The notes beneath the pieces were generated by a model. The model was not told the origin of the DNA, made no database searches, and was given only the letters and a program-made list of their open reading frames with translations. Of a stretch of 64,000 nucleotides of DNA, positions 38,150 through 52,500 are shown piece by piece. This stretch comes from Paragordius varius (taxonomy: Eukaryota > Animalia > Nematomorpha), in NCBI GenBank assembly GCA_964247055.1, contig OZ176052.1:9362001-9426000 (forward strand), written 5' to 3'. The translations under genes were made by a program, and so were the position numbers. Position 1 is the stretch's first letter, and each line of letters opens with the position of its first letter.

Positions 38150-38890
38150 TAAAAAGCAAAACAATATTTTTATAAAATTAAAAATTTTAGATGTGCTCCT
38201 AAATTCTTAAATTTTGGGTTAAAAATGGGCAAGTTATCCAAATATTGCGACAAAGGAGCCGGGATTGCGGATAAAAATCATAAATATATGCTAAATTGTG
38301 ACATCCAAAAAAGTTTTCGAAAAATGAATATTTTGTAATTTTGGAGAAGCGAGAGTTTTATGGCATTTCGATGCATGGTGCAAACGGTAATAATACTATA
38401 AATTATTATACAAACACTTTTTCTATATAATTCGATAATGCTGAACATTTCAATCATTTTAAAATCTTAATTTAAAGATTAGTTTGCTTTAAATTTGGAA
38501 AAATATTGAAAAAACAATTTATATTTAACATAAATTTGAAGATTAACGAATATTTTAATCAAATTTCTGAAATGATATCAGCATCATCGAATTATATAGA
38601 TAAAGTGTATTAATATCTTAAAGCGTTTAAACCCTTTCTACCATGCCTTACAATTGTATAAAATACGCTTCAAAATTTTACTTAAATTTACATTTTGAAC
38701 AAAGGTATACATTTTTCCGAAAATATGTTTTTTGACGATATAATCTAGCATATATTAGAAATCGCAAAATCTCGGCATTTATGCGTATTATTTCAGAAAA
38801 CTAGCCAATTTGAGAAGGGCGAAAAAATTTGGGTGGACCTCACATCTAAAAACAAAAATGATATAAATATATTGTTTTACTTTTTGAATA
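38150..38890. mobile_element. About 750-bp MITE with imperfect long TIRs, copy 1
   Basis: Left aaaacaatatttt...ttttagatgtgctcc vs right ggacctcacatctaaaa...atattgttttac; internal similarity to 40520-41280. Ends and TSD not resolved. Confidence 0.55.
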
Positions 38891-39049
38891 TAGTATAAAT
38901 TTATTTTATTGATACTTTTTCGAATACTTTACCAAAATTGAACATAATGTGGCAAATTTTATTAATGATATGGAGCATATTAATAGTTTTCTTTCTTACA
39001 TTAACTCATTTGATGGAATTTCGCATTTAACATAACTAAAAATTCAATT

Positions 39050-39853
39050 ATTGGTTTAAATATCATAAGAAATTAAAAAATAAATTTATAAGAATAATGA
39101 AATTAAAACAACACCATATTTCGTCTTCTTGTCTGGAGAATTCATCAAATGAAAGTCTATGTAATAATTTCGGCTCATATAATTGTTTTGTTAATAGATT
39201 GTGTTGTTTACACTGTGTTGATTTTTCATTATTTCTAAAGCCTCGCGAATTTGTCGTTTATAATGATTGCTATTACTTTTCTATTCATGATTTTATGTTC
39301 AAGATTCATTATATCTTCTTCAAGCCTAAGTTGGGTTTGTCTTGTATTAATGATAAATTTTTCCATATTTCTGCTGCTCTTCCAAGTTCACCCACGAAAC
39401 ACTGGTTACATTCACATGTAGCTTTGTATACACCTGCGTAACTGTCACTGAAAATTTTGTTGCGATAAAATTGAAGAGTTTTACAGTTAGTAGATCGTTC
39501 GCATATTGTAGTGTTTGAGAATTTTACAATTTTGGTAGCACGTTTTAATAAATTTTATTAATAGAGTAGATGTTGTAATGGTATTGGACATTTTATTATC
39601 TTTTTATGGTAGTCACTGTATATTCGCTCAAATTGTTGGGGATGATAACCATTTTTTTTTATCAATTTTGAGGTTCTTAACATCACATTGTATACTGTTG
39701 GCTTAACAAATTTTATGAGCCCTATTCAGGTTGTGTATAACATCGCATCCAAAATCGAGAAGATATAAAAAAATAACCTGATGAAATAAATATACTCTGA
39801 TAGGTAAATGTATCATAATTATCATGGTGTGGTTTTTGGCCCTTACGAGTGAT
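39050..39853 (-). mobile_element. Penelope-like retroelement remnant (RT C-terminus and GIY-YIG endonuclease)
   Basis: Minus strand gives AGVYKATCECNQCFVGELGR (about 39440-39380), KRQIREALEIMK (about 39260-39225) and NRAHKIC upstream; heavily frameshifted. Confidence 0.75.
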
Positions 39854-40380
39854 TAGGGTTGTGCTGACAAGTCATGACCAGGTCAGTGACTATTTATATT
39901 TTGACCATGGTCATTTCAGCTAATTTTTGAAAAATTGCTGGTAATTTTTTTTGGAAGAAAAATAGTAAGTTAATTTTAATATATTTTAAAAAAAATATAT
40001 AAATATTTAAATTTGATTATTTAAAAATTTAAAATGTTAAACATGCATCCTTAAAACATTAGCATTTAAGCATATCCAGTTATTTTGAAAAAGAAAACAA
40101 TCCAACTTTTTATAAAATATTCAATTATTCCATATATGTGAACTAATAAAATGAAAAAACATTTTATAATTGGATATTTCAATGATCAAAGAAAGTATAA
40201 AAGAAACAGGAAAAATTTTATTTGAAATATCCAGTATTAAAAGCGAGGTATTTGAAAATTCAGAAGTAATTTCATAATCCAATATCGCATGGTATTTACT
40301 TGGGTAAAGTGGTCATGACCAAGGTCATGACCATGGTCTGACCGGACTTTTTTGAAAAAGCAGTCAAATGCACAACCCTA
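39854..40380 (+). mobile_element. 527-bp hAT MITE (uninterrupted sister of 6452-15785)
   Basis: TIRs TAGGGTTGTGC/GCACAACCCTA; perfect 8-bp TSD CGAGTGAT at 39846-39853 and 40381-40388. Confidence 0.95.
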
Positions 40381-40519
40381 CGAGTGATATAAGATAGTTA
40401 TTCACACTGTGTAAGTGCTACATATTAAAAAATGACAAAATTTTCGCACATTTTTAAAACTTTTATGGTAAAGGCTAAATGTTTCATTCCAAAAAATATC
40501 ACCAAAATGCATTATAAAC

Positions 40520-41280
40520 TACCTATAAAAGGTAAAACAATATTTAAAAAAATATTTTTAGATGTGGGCTCCAAAAGTCCCAAATTTTCTCGCGCTTCTA
40601 TAATAGGCTAGTTATTTTATAATAAACGCGAAAATGCCGAAATGCGATAAAACTTAATATACGCTAAATTTTGATATCAACTAAAAATATTTTTGAAAAA
40701 ATGCATGCTTTTTGCAAAAAAAATAGAAAAATTTTGTTGAATACTTCCTACCAATAGGAGGCATAATGGAAAAGTCATAATAACGCCATATTATAAAAAC
40801 ACTCTTTATACATAATTTGATAATACTGAACATTTTTATCGTTTCAGTGTATTATTTTAATTCGTTAACTTCAAATTTTTGAATTTTTGTAAACAACCAC
40901 AAATTATATTATGAATATGAAGAAGAAGGAATACTTTTATTGAAATTCTCAGGGTATAAATTTTGGGATCATAGAGATATATATAAAAAGTGGTTTTATA
41001 TGATCTCAAAGCGATTTTATACCGTTTTCATCATTTCTCAAACAAGTATGAAGTACTCTTCAACAAAATTTTCCTAAATATTTGATTTAAATGCATTTTA
41101 AAATAAATATTTTTAGTTGATAACAAAATTTAGGATATATTTAAAAGTTTTATCGCACAATCCTGGCATTTTTGATTTTATATTAAGAAAACTAACCGAT
41201 TTTATATAAAAATTTTGGACTTTTGGAGCCCACATCTCAAGGGTAAAATTTTTTAAAATATTGTTTTGCTTGTTATAGGT
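40520..41280. mobile_element. About 750-bp MITE with long TIRs, copy 2
   Basis: acctataaaaggtaaaacaatattt...tagatgtgggctccaaaagtcc vs ggacttttggagcccacatct...aaatattgttttgcttgttataggt. The TIR may extend further out. Confidence 0.65.
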
Positions 41281-41693
41281 ATTTTATGATATAATTTATT
41301 GTTATTTGATAGATAGAATCATTAGTTTTCATAAAAAAACTCTATTAATAATTATGTGCGCCTTGCAATTTTCTGATATAAAGCATTAAAAACAAAAGTG
41401 CAAATAACTTTCTTATATCATTCGTATAAGGGCTAAACCAAAAGCACCATGATAATCTTAAGACATTTCCCTCTCAGAATATATATAATTCTTTTTTTGT
41501 TGTAAAGTGGTGTGAATTTATATTCAGATATAAGTAGATTCGATAATTGTGTTCTATTTCCGATGTTGTGAGTCCAAAAATATTATAGCATTCATTTTCC
41601 ATTAGAAATTTATGTTTGTGCCAAAATTTGTTTTGTGCGAAAATATTATTTAAATTGGAATATATGTAACTTCTACGGTATAACTCATGTTAA

Positions 41694-42255
41694 CACTTCG
41701 ATTCAAATTGGGGTATCTACCCCAGACTAAATTTGAGTTGGGATTTTTAAAAAACTACTGAAGGAAACGGTTCCAATTTAAATTTATGCTTCTATCCCAA
41801 AAAAAATTATATAAATATGCCAAAATATCTAAATAAAATTTTGTTTTGAAAAAAAAGCTCCATGTCAAACTACTTGGCCGCCATTTTTATTTTACAAAAA
41901 TTTTGTAAAATATCGTCTTTATTTAATTTTAAGGGTAAAATCAAAGCTAATTTTTGATTTAAATTACATCTAACATTGATAGAAATAGAAAAAGCTGTTT
42001 ATTTTGTGTTGTTTTTCAATTTTACCATTGAACGCATGTCACATTGAGTAAATTTTTACCTTTCGGTTTTAGCTTAAAATAAGTAATATCAAGTATTTCT
42101 GAATAAAAATTTTTATATATTTGGGTTTATTAATGTTATATAAGTGCAAAATTTTGCCATGGTTTCGATTCATTCCATATTTTTTAAAGAATTTAATTAT
42201 AAACAGGCCTGGGGTATTTAAATTTGAATCGAAGAACTAAAATGAATGTGTTGTA
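41694..42255 (+). mobile_element. piggyBac-like MITE, last few nt of the right end missing
   Basis: TTAA|CACTTCGATTCAAATTGGGGTA at 41690; colinear with 14579-15712 minus the inner insertion. Confidence 0.85.
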
Positions 42256-42912
42256 TAACACGCTTTTTTTCGGTACGCAAAAGTGCTCAAAAAATTAAAA
42301 TATAAAATTGTATTTTAATTAAAAATTTATATTTTAGAAGATATATCATACAAAGCGGGGCTAATAAATAAAAAATAACCAAAAATTATAAAAACCGTAA
42401 AAATTATTTTTATTAGACCTCGTCTAAACAATCACAATAGCATTTTACATAATTCGAAAACCTCTGTAAAATAAAAAATTATATTATCTTTATAAATAAT
42501 CATAATATATTTTACGCGCATTTATAGCGATTTCGTAAAACATAAAAGTTTGAGACATAGTTTTTTTTACAATTTTATATTTGTTTTTATTTTGAAGAAT
42601 CCTACAAACATATATTAATAAATTTGATATAGATTAAGCAAGTTATTGTGAATCAATTAGGGTTAACAAGCTATGCCAAAAAAAATTTATCTGCAATAAA
42701 ATACACTCATCAATGTCTAAACTTTAGAAAATCTTTTAACACGGTGTAGGGGTTATATAAAAAATGAAGGGAAATAATTGATATAAAATAGAAAATATGG
42801 GAGATGTCAGAGTTTATTATGACATGATTCAATATAATTATGTTTTTGTTTTATAACTCTAATATTTTCTGAAATTTATCATATTAATATAAATCTTGTT
42901 ACGTAAAAATAA

Positions 42913-43471
42913 CACTTGGATACAAGAAATTCATTTTTTCGATTCAAATTGGGGTAGTTAAATACCCCATGCCTGTTTCAAATAAAACTTTCAATAATAT
43001 GGAAGGAATCAAAACCATGGCAAAATTTTGCACTTATATTACATTAATAAACCGAATTATATAAAAACTTTATTTTAAAATACTTGATATTACTTATTTT
43101 AAGCTAAAACGGTAAGCTAAAATTTAGTTAACGTGACATGTGTGTAATGATAAAATCGAAAAATGATACAATATAAACAGCTTTTTCTATATCTATCAAT
43201 ATTAGATGCAATTTAAATAAAATATTAGCTCTAATTTTACCCTTAAAATTAAATGAAGACGATATTTTGCATGAAAATAAAAGCGGCGTCAAAGTAGTTT
43301 CACATGGTACTTTTTTTAAACAACAAAATTTTATTTAGATATTTTGGCATATTTATATAATTTATTTTAGGATAGAATCATAAATTTAAATTGGAACCGT
43401 TTCCTTCAGTAGTTTTATAAAAATCCTAATTTAGTCTGGGGTATTTAGATACCCCAATTTAAATCAAAGTA
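42913..43471 (-). mobile_element. piggyBac-like MITE in inverted orientation
   Basis: ATAA|CACTTGGATAC...TTCGATTCAAATTGGGGTA at 42909; ends TACCCCAATTTAAATCAAAGTA|ATAA at 43475; colinear with 14911-15464. Confidence 0.85.
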
Positions 43472-43588
43472 ATAATGTAATACACCATACTAATTATATT
43501 TAGAATGAAAATTAAATTTATTTTTACCGCATATAAACTATCTTTACATTCATTTGTTTTACTTTAATGTTTCATATGCTTTTTTAAA

Positions 43589-46500
43589 ATGGCTTCAGTT
43601 TGGAATCAAAACCCCGTCCAACCATGGTCAAATTATCATCCATATCCCATTAATCCTCCAATAATACCGGTTTGTTAAATTTCCAATATTTATTTCATAT
43701 TTAAAAAAATATAAATTATTTAACCTAGCCAAATTCTATAATTTTTTTAACTTTGTTAGCCAGTGGCTGCCGATCCTAAAATAGCTAATTTACAATTTCA
43801 AGCCCAACAATGGCAACAACAAAAACAGTTTGAGGAATGGATGGCATCTCAATCCAAATCAACGGTTGATCCGGAAATGGAAAAGAAAATAAAGGAGAAT
43901 GAAGATGAACTCCAAATAATTCAAAAAGAAGAAGAAGAATTTGACAAGTTTTTTTCATAATAAATATTTGTTTATCAGATTAAAATTTTATAATTCCATG
44001 GTTTTTAATCCATAAAGTTAAATTAGTGATTTTTTATATTTTAATTTTTATAGCTTTGTTGTTGTATACTTTTTAAAAAATATTTTACCCGGCACCGATG
44101 GACTTACACGGATGATTGCATAAAGGGTTACATTAGGATAAAAGAGAACATTAAAAAAATGTGATTTTTATTTTCATAATCTGTTATTGTATGGTTATTG
44201 CTATATTAAAGCTCTTGTCAGTTACTAAAATTCATAGTGCATGATTGATTAATTTATACGGTTTATTTCAATCGTTTTGGACGTTATCTATTTTTTGATG
44301 GAAACATTGTCCATGCTATTTTTTTGTGTACCCAAAAAATAATTACGAATTTAGGTTTTATGGAAAAAAAAACATGGATTCAAAAATAATTTTTGGCTGA
44401 GAAGGAATGTTATTTCCGGTAGATTTTGATAACAGTTTTTTATGAAAGAGTTAAATTTATAGATAGTTGAATATAAACAGTACAATTTTTGTATCTGTTA
44501 CTTTTTTTATAAATAATATATGTCAAATTTAATAACGAAAAAAAAACTTGTTAATTGTATAAAAAAATAAAAACGGAATTTATCTATGAAATTAATCAAT
44601 GATTTTGGTTCCGCAAAACCGTTTCTAATCCTTGATCAAACCATTAATTATCTATAATTGTAATATAGGGCTAAGATTTTTAATGTGAATTATTGACCAC
44701 CTCTTTTTGGTTTTTCATTTTTTATTATAAACTTGGTCATTTATCACAGTTCTCAAACTGAGTATATTATCTTAAAAAATAGGGTTAGTTTTGTCGACTT
44801 GATTATAATTACCGTTCACTAAAGATAAAAAGACTGTAAAATTGGACAAATTGAAAGTTTAATTACATTTTCAAATAATTAAAATCTGTTTTTCGGTATG
44901 ATTGTCAATTACTGTTACGGGTTTTAATCTTAGCGGTAAATCCTTTATTTAGTTATCTTATCGTTAATGACAATTGTGGATCATGTAACAGTATTTAATA
45001 CAGAGCGAACCATAGAGAGCCTTATTGGTGAATAGCTGAAAGGCTAAATATTACTTTAAGGCTATAATATTTTTTTGCTGTATTTGCCTTGCCATTCAAT
45101 AAAGAGAAAAACTGGCATTGTATGAATAATCATTATATCTATAAATTGTAATTTTGTCAGTTGATTTTTTTATATTTAAATTTTAAGCCATTATTTAAAT
45201 AATTTTAAGGAGTTAATAATTAACTTAAGAAACAATATTTTTTATGGATTTTTTTTCAACTCAAACCAAACTTTTGTAGACAATACTCGGATTGGGAAAA
45301 ACAATTTGATCAATGGAAGGAACAAAACAAAAACCATCCCAACAAGGAACAATTTAAGCAGTATGAAGAGCAATGGAATACGTGGAAACAGCAAATGAAC
45401 ACTAAACGACAAGAGATTTCGGATAAAAAAACAGCCATTCTCACCACGCTAAATAATTTGCGTGTTGAACAATCAAAGGCAGCTGCAGCAGCAACGATGA
45501 ATACTATGATGGTCCCACCTCCCCCCATAGTTCCACCATCATTACAACCACCTCAAATGCCTTTCCCGGGACAACAGCAAACACCGTTTCCTGTTACGCC
45601 CCAGTATGGTGGATATCCAGGCGGGACTCCAGCACCAACAGCTGGACAAATGATGATACCACCACCAGGTTAGTTTTATCTAATTTTGTTAAATCAAATA
45701 TTACAAAGTTTTATTACTAGGTGTATAGAGAAGTGGCGCAGTTTTTATTTTTTACATTCCTGCATGAAAAATTACTTTGCGAAACATATGTTTTCCAGAA
45801 TATATCCATTTATATAGATTTTTTTGATTTGAACCTTTTTACTTTACCCATGAGATAATTTTTATTACTACAATATACTATAAATTATGTGTGTCCGACA
45901 CAAATGGAGCCGCATTTGAAACATATATAATTATTTATAAATGATTTGGATATTTGATATAAGATTGTGATTTAGAAAAATTGTTTAAGTTAAGACTTTA
46001 TTGCAAATTATGGACTTCCAAATTTTTGCGGTCGCATGTTGTTCACCCCTGCTAATGATCCACTTGGACATAAGCTGTGATTTAATAAAAGTCACGAGTT
46101 TCACATAATATAAACACAGTCTTACTGATTTTTTATTTTGACCAGTGGACAAATCCCACCCCAGTTTGAACTTAGAACCTTTTAAAACCTTGTATTATTA
46201 TAATTCTAAGTTATTTTTTTTGGTGTGAGAGTTTAAACATATGTCATACACATGCATTATTTGTCGGTATTATATGGCTCAAGGCCCTTGAAACAAGAAT
46301 ATTTTATCCGCCTCTTTAGCTTTTTTGTTAGTATCACTGGTTTAGATTTTAATATCAATACATTTTCCCTTTCTATAAAGAAATATGAAATATGACTTGT
46401 TATCAAATTTAAATTTATAATTGTTGAAAGGTCATAATGGTCCTCAACCCTTAGCCGCTCCACCACCAATGTTTCCGCCGGGCGGGTTCCAAGCCCCGGC

Positions 46501-49500
46501 TCCACTCTCCTCTTCATTCTCATCGAGTGGTTTTGGAACAATGACCACAACCACCACAGCTGTTTCTTACGGAAATTTTGGGGGAAATTCTTACCCTAAT
46601 AACTCTTTTCAGCAAGGGGGAGGAGGTAATTTTTTCTTGATTCACTTCTTATTTGGTTATTTGGGTATTTTATTTGGTTGTCAATAGAGATGTGTGATTT
46701 TTTAGTTTTTCTGCCTAATAACTTTCAATGATTGCACTATTTAATTAAATATTATCGGTCTTTTAATTGGTGCATAAGGGTATGAAATTCATATGAAATT
46801 TTGAGCTGATTTTTTTTCGGTTTTCCGATTAAATTATTCATGCTTATTTATGGTTTTTAACAATTATTGCTTGCTTTTCTTTTTTTGGCTTAACCCTAAT
46901 TTCCTGACATACATACTGACTTTCTTCCAAAAATTATCATAAATTATAGTCTTACCATAATTCGTTATTTTATATACAATTATAGGCGGCATGTATGGTG
47001 CACCACCAATTGGTATGGCTCCATTTCCTGGTGGACCGATGGGCAATCCTCCTAATTTCGGGGCCGCTAATCAACAGCTGCAGCATGCCCCAAATTCTAT
47101 GAACCCACTTCCCCCATTTTATCCGGGAGGAGGTCAGCAGATGGGAATCGGTATATATATTTCTTTTTGCATTTCTCATTTAGTATACGCCAGGATGTTT
47201 TGTACTTACTTTTGGATTTTATTTTCTGTAAATTTTTGGTGAAATGAAAGAAGAATTGATTGAAATAAGAAATAACATTTATAAAAGTAATAAGCTAACA
47301 AAGAGTGACCTTTTATAACACAGAAGTTTGTTTTTTAGAATCTCTCTTTTAAAGGTTTATAGCCCCATTTGTCTTATGTTCTTGATAAATAACAACTTGT
47401 ATCATGGTTTGTATTTAATTTGATTAGCTCATTTTTATTAACACCGAGTTATTTTTAATCTTCTATTTCATAATTAATTTTCCGATTGTTTTCTTTCTTT
47501 GTTTTCCTGTTAAATATCGATGACGGCCTACGTTAAATCTCTCTTTTTAAGAGCCATTTTAAGAACGAATTTCATGACTATCACCTTATTGTTCTTATAT
47601 TTGTTAGGAGGTCAATCTTTCCCTTCTCCCATGCAACGAGGAGGTGGAGGTGTAGGACCCCCTCAGCCATCATATCAATCATCAGCGCAAAACTCTTTGC
47701 AATCGCAATCGTCTTCGATTGATTCAAACCATTACCATTTCAATAAGGGTATCGATAAAAGTGCGTCTTTACCACCACTTCCGAATATGGCCCCGTGGGG
47801 ATCTAACAATACCAATCCATTCCCTTTAGCATCTCACACCATGTTTAACAATAATAATAATAATAGTAATAACGCTTCGTTTGGACCTCCACCCACAAGT
47901 TATAATCAACAAGACATGCAGGCAAATAGCGGACGAAACAATATGGCTCCGCCCTCATCATCTTCGTTTTCTTCCGCTAGTAAAGGAGGTTGGGATCAAG
48001 GTATTATTGAATTTTAAAATTATATCATTTGTGGGACTTTTTGGTTTACTATATTGTTTGTAAATTGGGAGGTAAACAAATGCATTTCTGCCACGATTAT
48101 ATCATTTAAAAAGTTTTCCCCCTTTTCCATTATTCGCAAATTTTATTGTGTTGTATTTTAAGGGCGTGGGGAACAAAGGAATCAAGATCAATACTCTAGC
48201 AGCAACAATGGTGGTTGGAAGCAGGATTCACGCGATTTCAATGATGATAATAGCAACAATTATAAACCGAATTCATGGAACCAACAGCTACACCAATCCG
48301 ATGCTGGTCGCAGTAATAGTAGTAGGAATAATGCATCTACTCAACCATTCCCAAAGCCTGGACAAGCATTTAGTTATAACCCAAACCCTATCATGACGCC
48401 TCCTCATAATGGTCCACCGCCATCTTCTGCCACCACAAATAAACGAGCCTACGATGATGACAAATCTAACAACATTAATAATAACACCAAGTATTTAATA
48501 TTTCATTATTGTTTAAAATTGTCAGACTTTTTGTCGATTTAATTTGATATTTTTATGTTTTTTTCTCAAGCTACAAAAGTTTATTATGTTTAGTTTTATG
48601 TTTCAAGGCGTGTGTGTTACTCTATTAAATGAATCATATATATATGAATATTTTTTAACTTAATTTCTTTTTATACTTGATATATTAATTTAAACATTTA
48701 TAGAAAAAGAAGCGGACAAAGTAGATGGGAATCATCCAACACCCCTTCAAAACCAAATGTATTGAAATATTATTTAGTATATATACATATAAAAACATAA
48801 TTGCATTCCAAAAATGAACTTATTTCGTGATTTTTTTTATAGAATATGAATGTTCAAAATATGAATAACCAACAATTTGGAAATAAAGGTATTACTTATT
48901 TTCTTAAATTTGTAAACTCTTCAAAGTCAATATTAAATTATTTGACCGAATATTTATCAAAATACCTGTTCAAATTATATTCTTATTTCTAAATACCATT
49001 TTTTGCTTAGGTGAAAACAGCAATGATTTGAAACATTCAATCATCGGCGATAATAACACTAATTTGAGTCAAAATATGAATGAAAACAAAGGTGAAAATC
49101 AACAACACGGTATGATGATTTCATTTAATGGACCACCACCCGTTCAGGCCACTGGAGGGCCACCCATGGACCCTAATTTGCCTCTTGCTGCTGTTCGCAT
49201 GATGTTTATGCTTAGAATGAGAGGTTATACACCCATATACATATACATCTGAATTTTTATATATTTCATATCACATTAGCCTTTTACATACTTTTTTAAA
49301 TTATAAACTAATTAGCTCACGCTGATCTTTATGAATTTTTTCGAAAAAGTCCCATTAGATAAAATCGTTTAAATTTAAAAGCCTTTTCACATTATTGGTT
49401 GGGTATTATGAAAATAATATGATGAGCTAAATATAATAAAAACACTAATTAAATTTTAACAAAAAATTAAATTTCATAATTTTTTAAAAAGAATTATGAT

Positions 49501-52500
49501 GCGTCTAATGCCGGGGGTGAATTGTATATAAATTTTAACATGAACTACTACCCTGTTTTATAACATTGACATAGACATTAATAATAATTGGGCGGGGTAG
49601 TTAAGGCGCCGGACCTTTGCATTATGCATGCACTGCCAAAGTTTGATATCCGAAATTGTACAATTTTTCGGTCATCACTTTATTCAGCTCTGGGCATACG
49701 AGTATCGAAACTTTCAGGATTCCTTAAAACAATTCAACTCGTTATTCTTTAACATAAAAAATGAATAAATGTTATTTATACGAAAAAAAAAACATAATTA
49801 ATCTTAATATATTTAAAGATAATTATTTTATAAGTTGGATATTATGAGATGATAGTAGTAGCACCCCCATAAATAACTTAGGCTGCTAAATAACTCTTAT
49901 TTTTTTAATTTTATCCATTGATTAGGTTTACTAGCTCAAGCTACTAATGCAGCAGCTGGTGGTGGTGGAACTGGTCCCCTTAAAGGGGGCGAGCCTCTCC
50001 GTGGTCCTCCTCCAAGAGGTCCTCCCCCTCCCATGATGAATCGATTTGCTCGGCATCCACCTCCTCCACTCATGCCTCATTCTTCTGGTCCCCCAGGAGT
50101 AGGAGGTGTAGGAGGGGCAGGCATGAGAAGACCCATGATGAGACCACCGCCTCCACGAATGGCAACACCATTTGGCGCTCGGCCACGTCACCCATACATG
50201 CATAAGGGACCAATGGCAAGAGGTGGTTTCCATGGACCTAGGCACCACAGGGGAGGTAAATTACAATAAAACGTTTTATTGAGTTATTACTATGTAAGAT
50301 TGACATTATCGTATAAATTGATGACTTGTGTCGCTTAGGTTGGTTATATCTATAAGGTGTCGATCGATACATCATAATATATGTATTCAAAACGGTGGAC
50401 GGGCTTAAATCATTATTAGTTAAGCATGTAAATGTTTTCAAAATTGAAAAAAGTTTTGTTAAAATCAATGTCGCTTGAGAATCCATGTTGGGCATTCCTG
50501 GTAAAAAATGTGTAAGTATGATTGATTTGACATTTTATCTAATTAATATATTTGATTGGTGGAGGAGTAGTAAGCCACCACTTTTTTTTAAATATTTTTT
50601 TATATTGATGTGACAATGATGATACATAACAAACTTTTGGGGGGCGATTGAGACATTTTGGACCAAACGTTACAAATGTATACATTGAAGACGGAAATTA
50701 AAAATAATAAAAAGCTACCGAGTACATTAAACCTCATCACATACATTTTACTTCCATTTAAGGTTTTTTAAAAAGCATAGGAATACACAAAAAAAATTAA
50801 GCTGCTCTCCATATATTATGAAACAATTGCAAATACTTAATATCACACCCACATATGTGAAACACCAATTTTTTGGGTTATAATGTTTCCTCTCCAAAGT
50901 TGATAAATAAAAAACGAGTTTAATTAACCACAAGGCCGTAATTATTATGAGAATATTTGTTGTAATATCTAAAAAAAATTTAGTTAATATTTATTATTTT
51001 TATTGATTATTCACTCATAATTTTTTTTACTAGGGGGCCGAATGAACGGTTTTGGTGGTGTTGGCAGAAATAATAATGAAAATAATTCCCAAAATTCCAA
51101 CAATAATTATGAACGAGGAAATAATTCATTTTATTCGGGTTCAAACGAAAACAATAGGTATTGTTAATGTAACGTTGGATATACTAACTTATTTTTACAT
51201 CTAACTTATAATTTTTTCATATACTATATACTCAATAATTTCCAAAAAAAAACCCTAACCCCATTTTTTATTATCGGCTATAGTCTTTTTTTAATAACCC
51301 TATCCAACTCATCTTTTTATCTAAAATAAAATACGTAAATTTAAAAGGTTCGTCCAAGCAAATTATTATTAAATACATTGTTTTAGGCATCATCGTGATT
51401 ACTCATTATTGGTTGTGGAATAGCAAGCATATGTACATATATTAATTATATAAATTTGTTGCAGGATAAAAAATATTTATTTACCATTCGAAAGATTCAG
51501 TCTTTCGCGGTTTGAATGAAAATACATTGCTCTGTATCTAAAACTTTTAATTTTGAAATTTCGAGTTTAATGTTAATTCGGGGTCAAAAATTTTCGGTAA
51601 ATAAAAAATTCTTATGTTAGACCAATTTTTTTTCAGATATATAATTTATGTACTTTATTAAAATAAATTTTAAATTTACAAGAATGGCACTTAAAAACTC
51701 AAAATTTGTTGTTTAGTATAATCCAATATCATTGTATATATATATTAGCTGGCTAAGCAATTTTTAATATTTTTCGTCATCTTCAATATAATTGTCCAGA
51801 AAAAATTTTTTTAATATAATATTTTTTGTATAATATATCCTTAAAATGGTAATTAAAAACACTTTAATATTTATACCAATATATCGTTACAACGAAATAG
51901 AAGGAAACAAGGGTTGGATATTGAATATATTTTTAATAATAATGGTAATTAGCTAAATTGTATGTATAAAAACGAATGTTTGATGAATAGAAAACAATTT
52001 TTTAATCACCCACTTAGTGTTTCCAATTGATGTTTATAAATAAAAAAGTCCGAATAATCCTTAAGATATATGATAATTAAAATGATATTTTTAACTTTAT
52101 TTAATTTTTTATTTATCCTTGATGTTGATATTTAATGTTTGTTATGATAAAAATACGCCGCATCGATAAACTTTAAATCACTTGTGTTAGAATTTTCAAT
52201 CAATTAAAGCAATTTTCTTTAAACTATATTGATTTGCCATAAATAATAGTAGTGGTAACTGTGATGTCAAAACCAACAATTTACAAAGATCATTATTTTT
52301 TTAAACAATCATTGCAAACTCCTTGTCTGTCATTATTACCTGAAACATATTTAATCCCTTTTTATTAATGTGTATTCAAAAAGCGATATTTTATATAAAT
52401 TTTCACATCTGATTAGGACATGAATATTTAATACACATTTTTTAGTTTTTAAATCATTTTGGGAGCCATATGTGCGATTTATTGAGTTTAATACCATATT

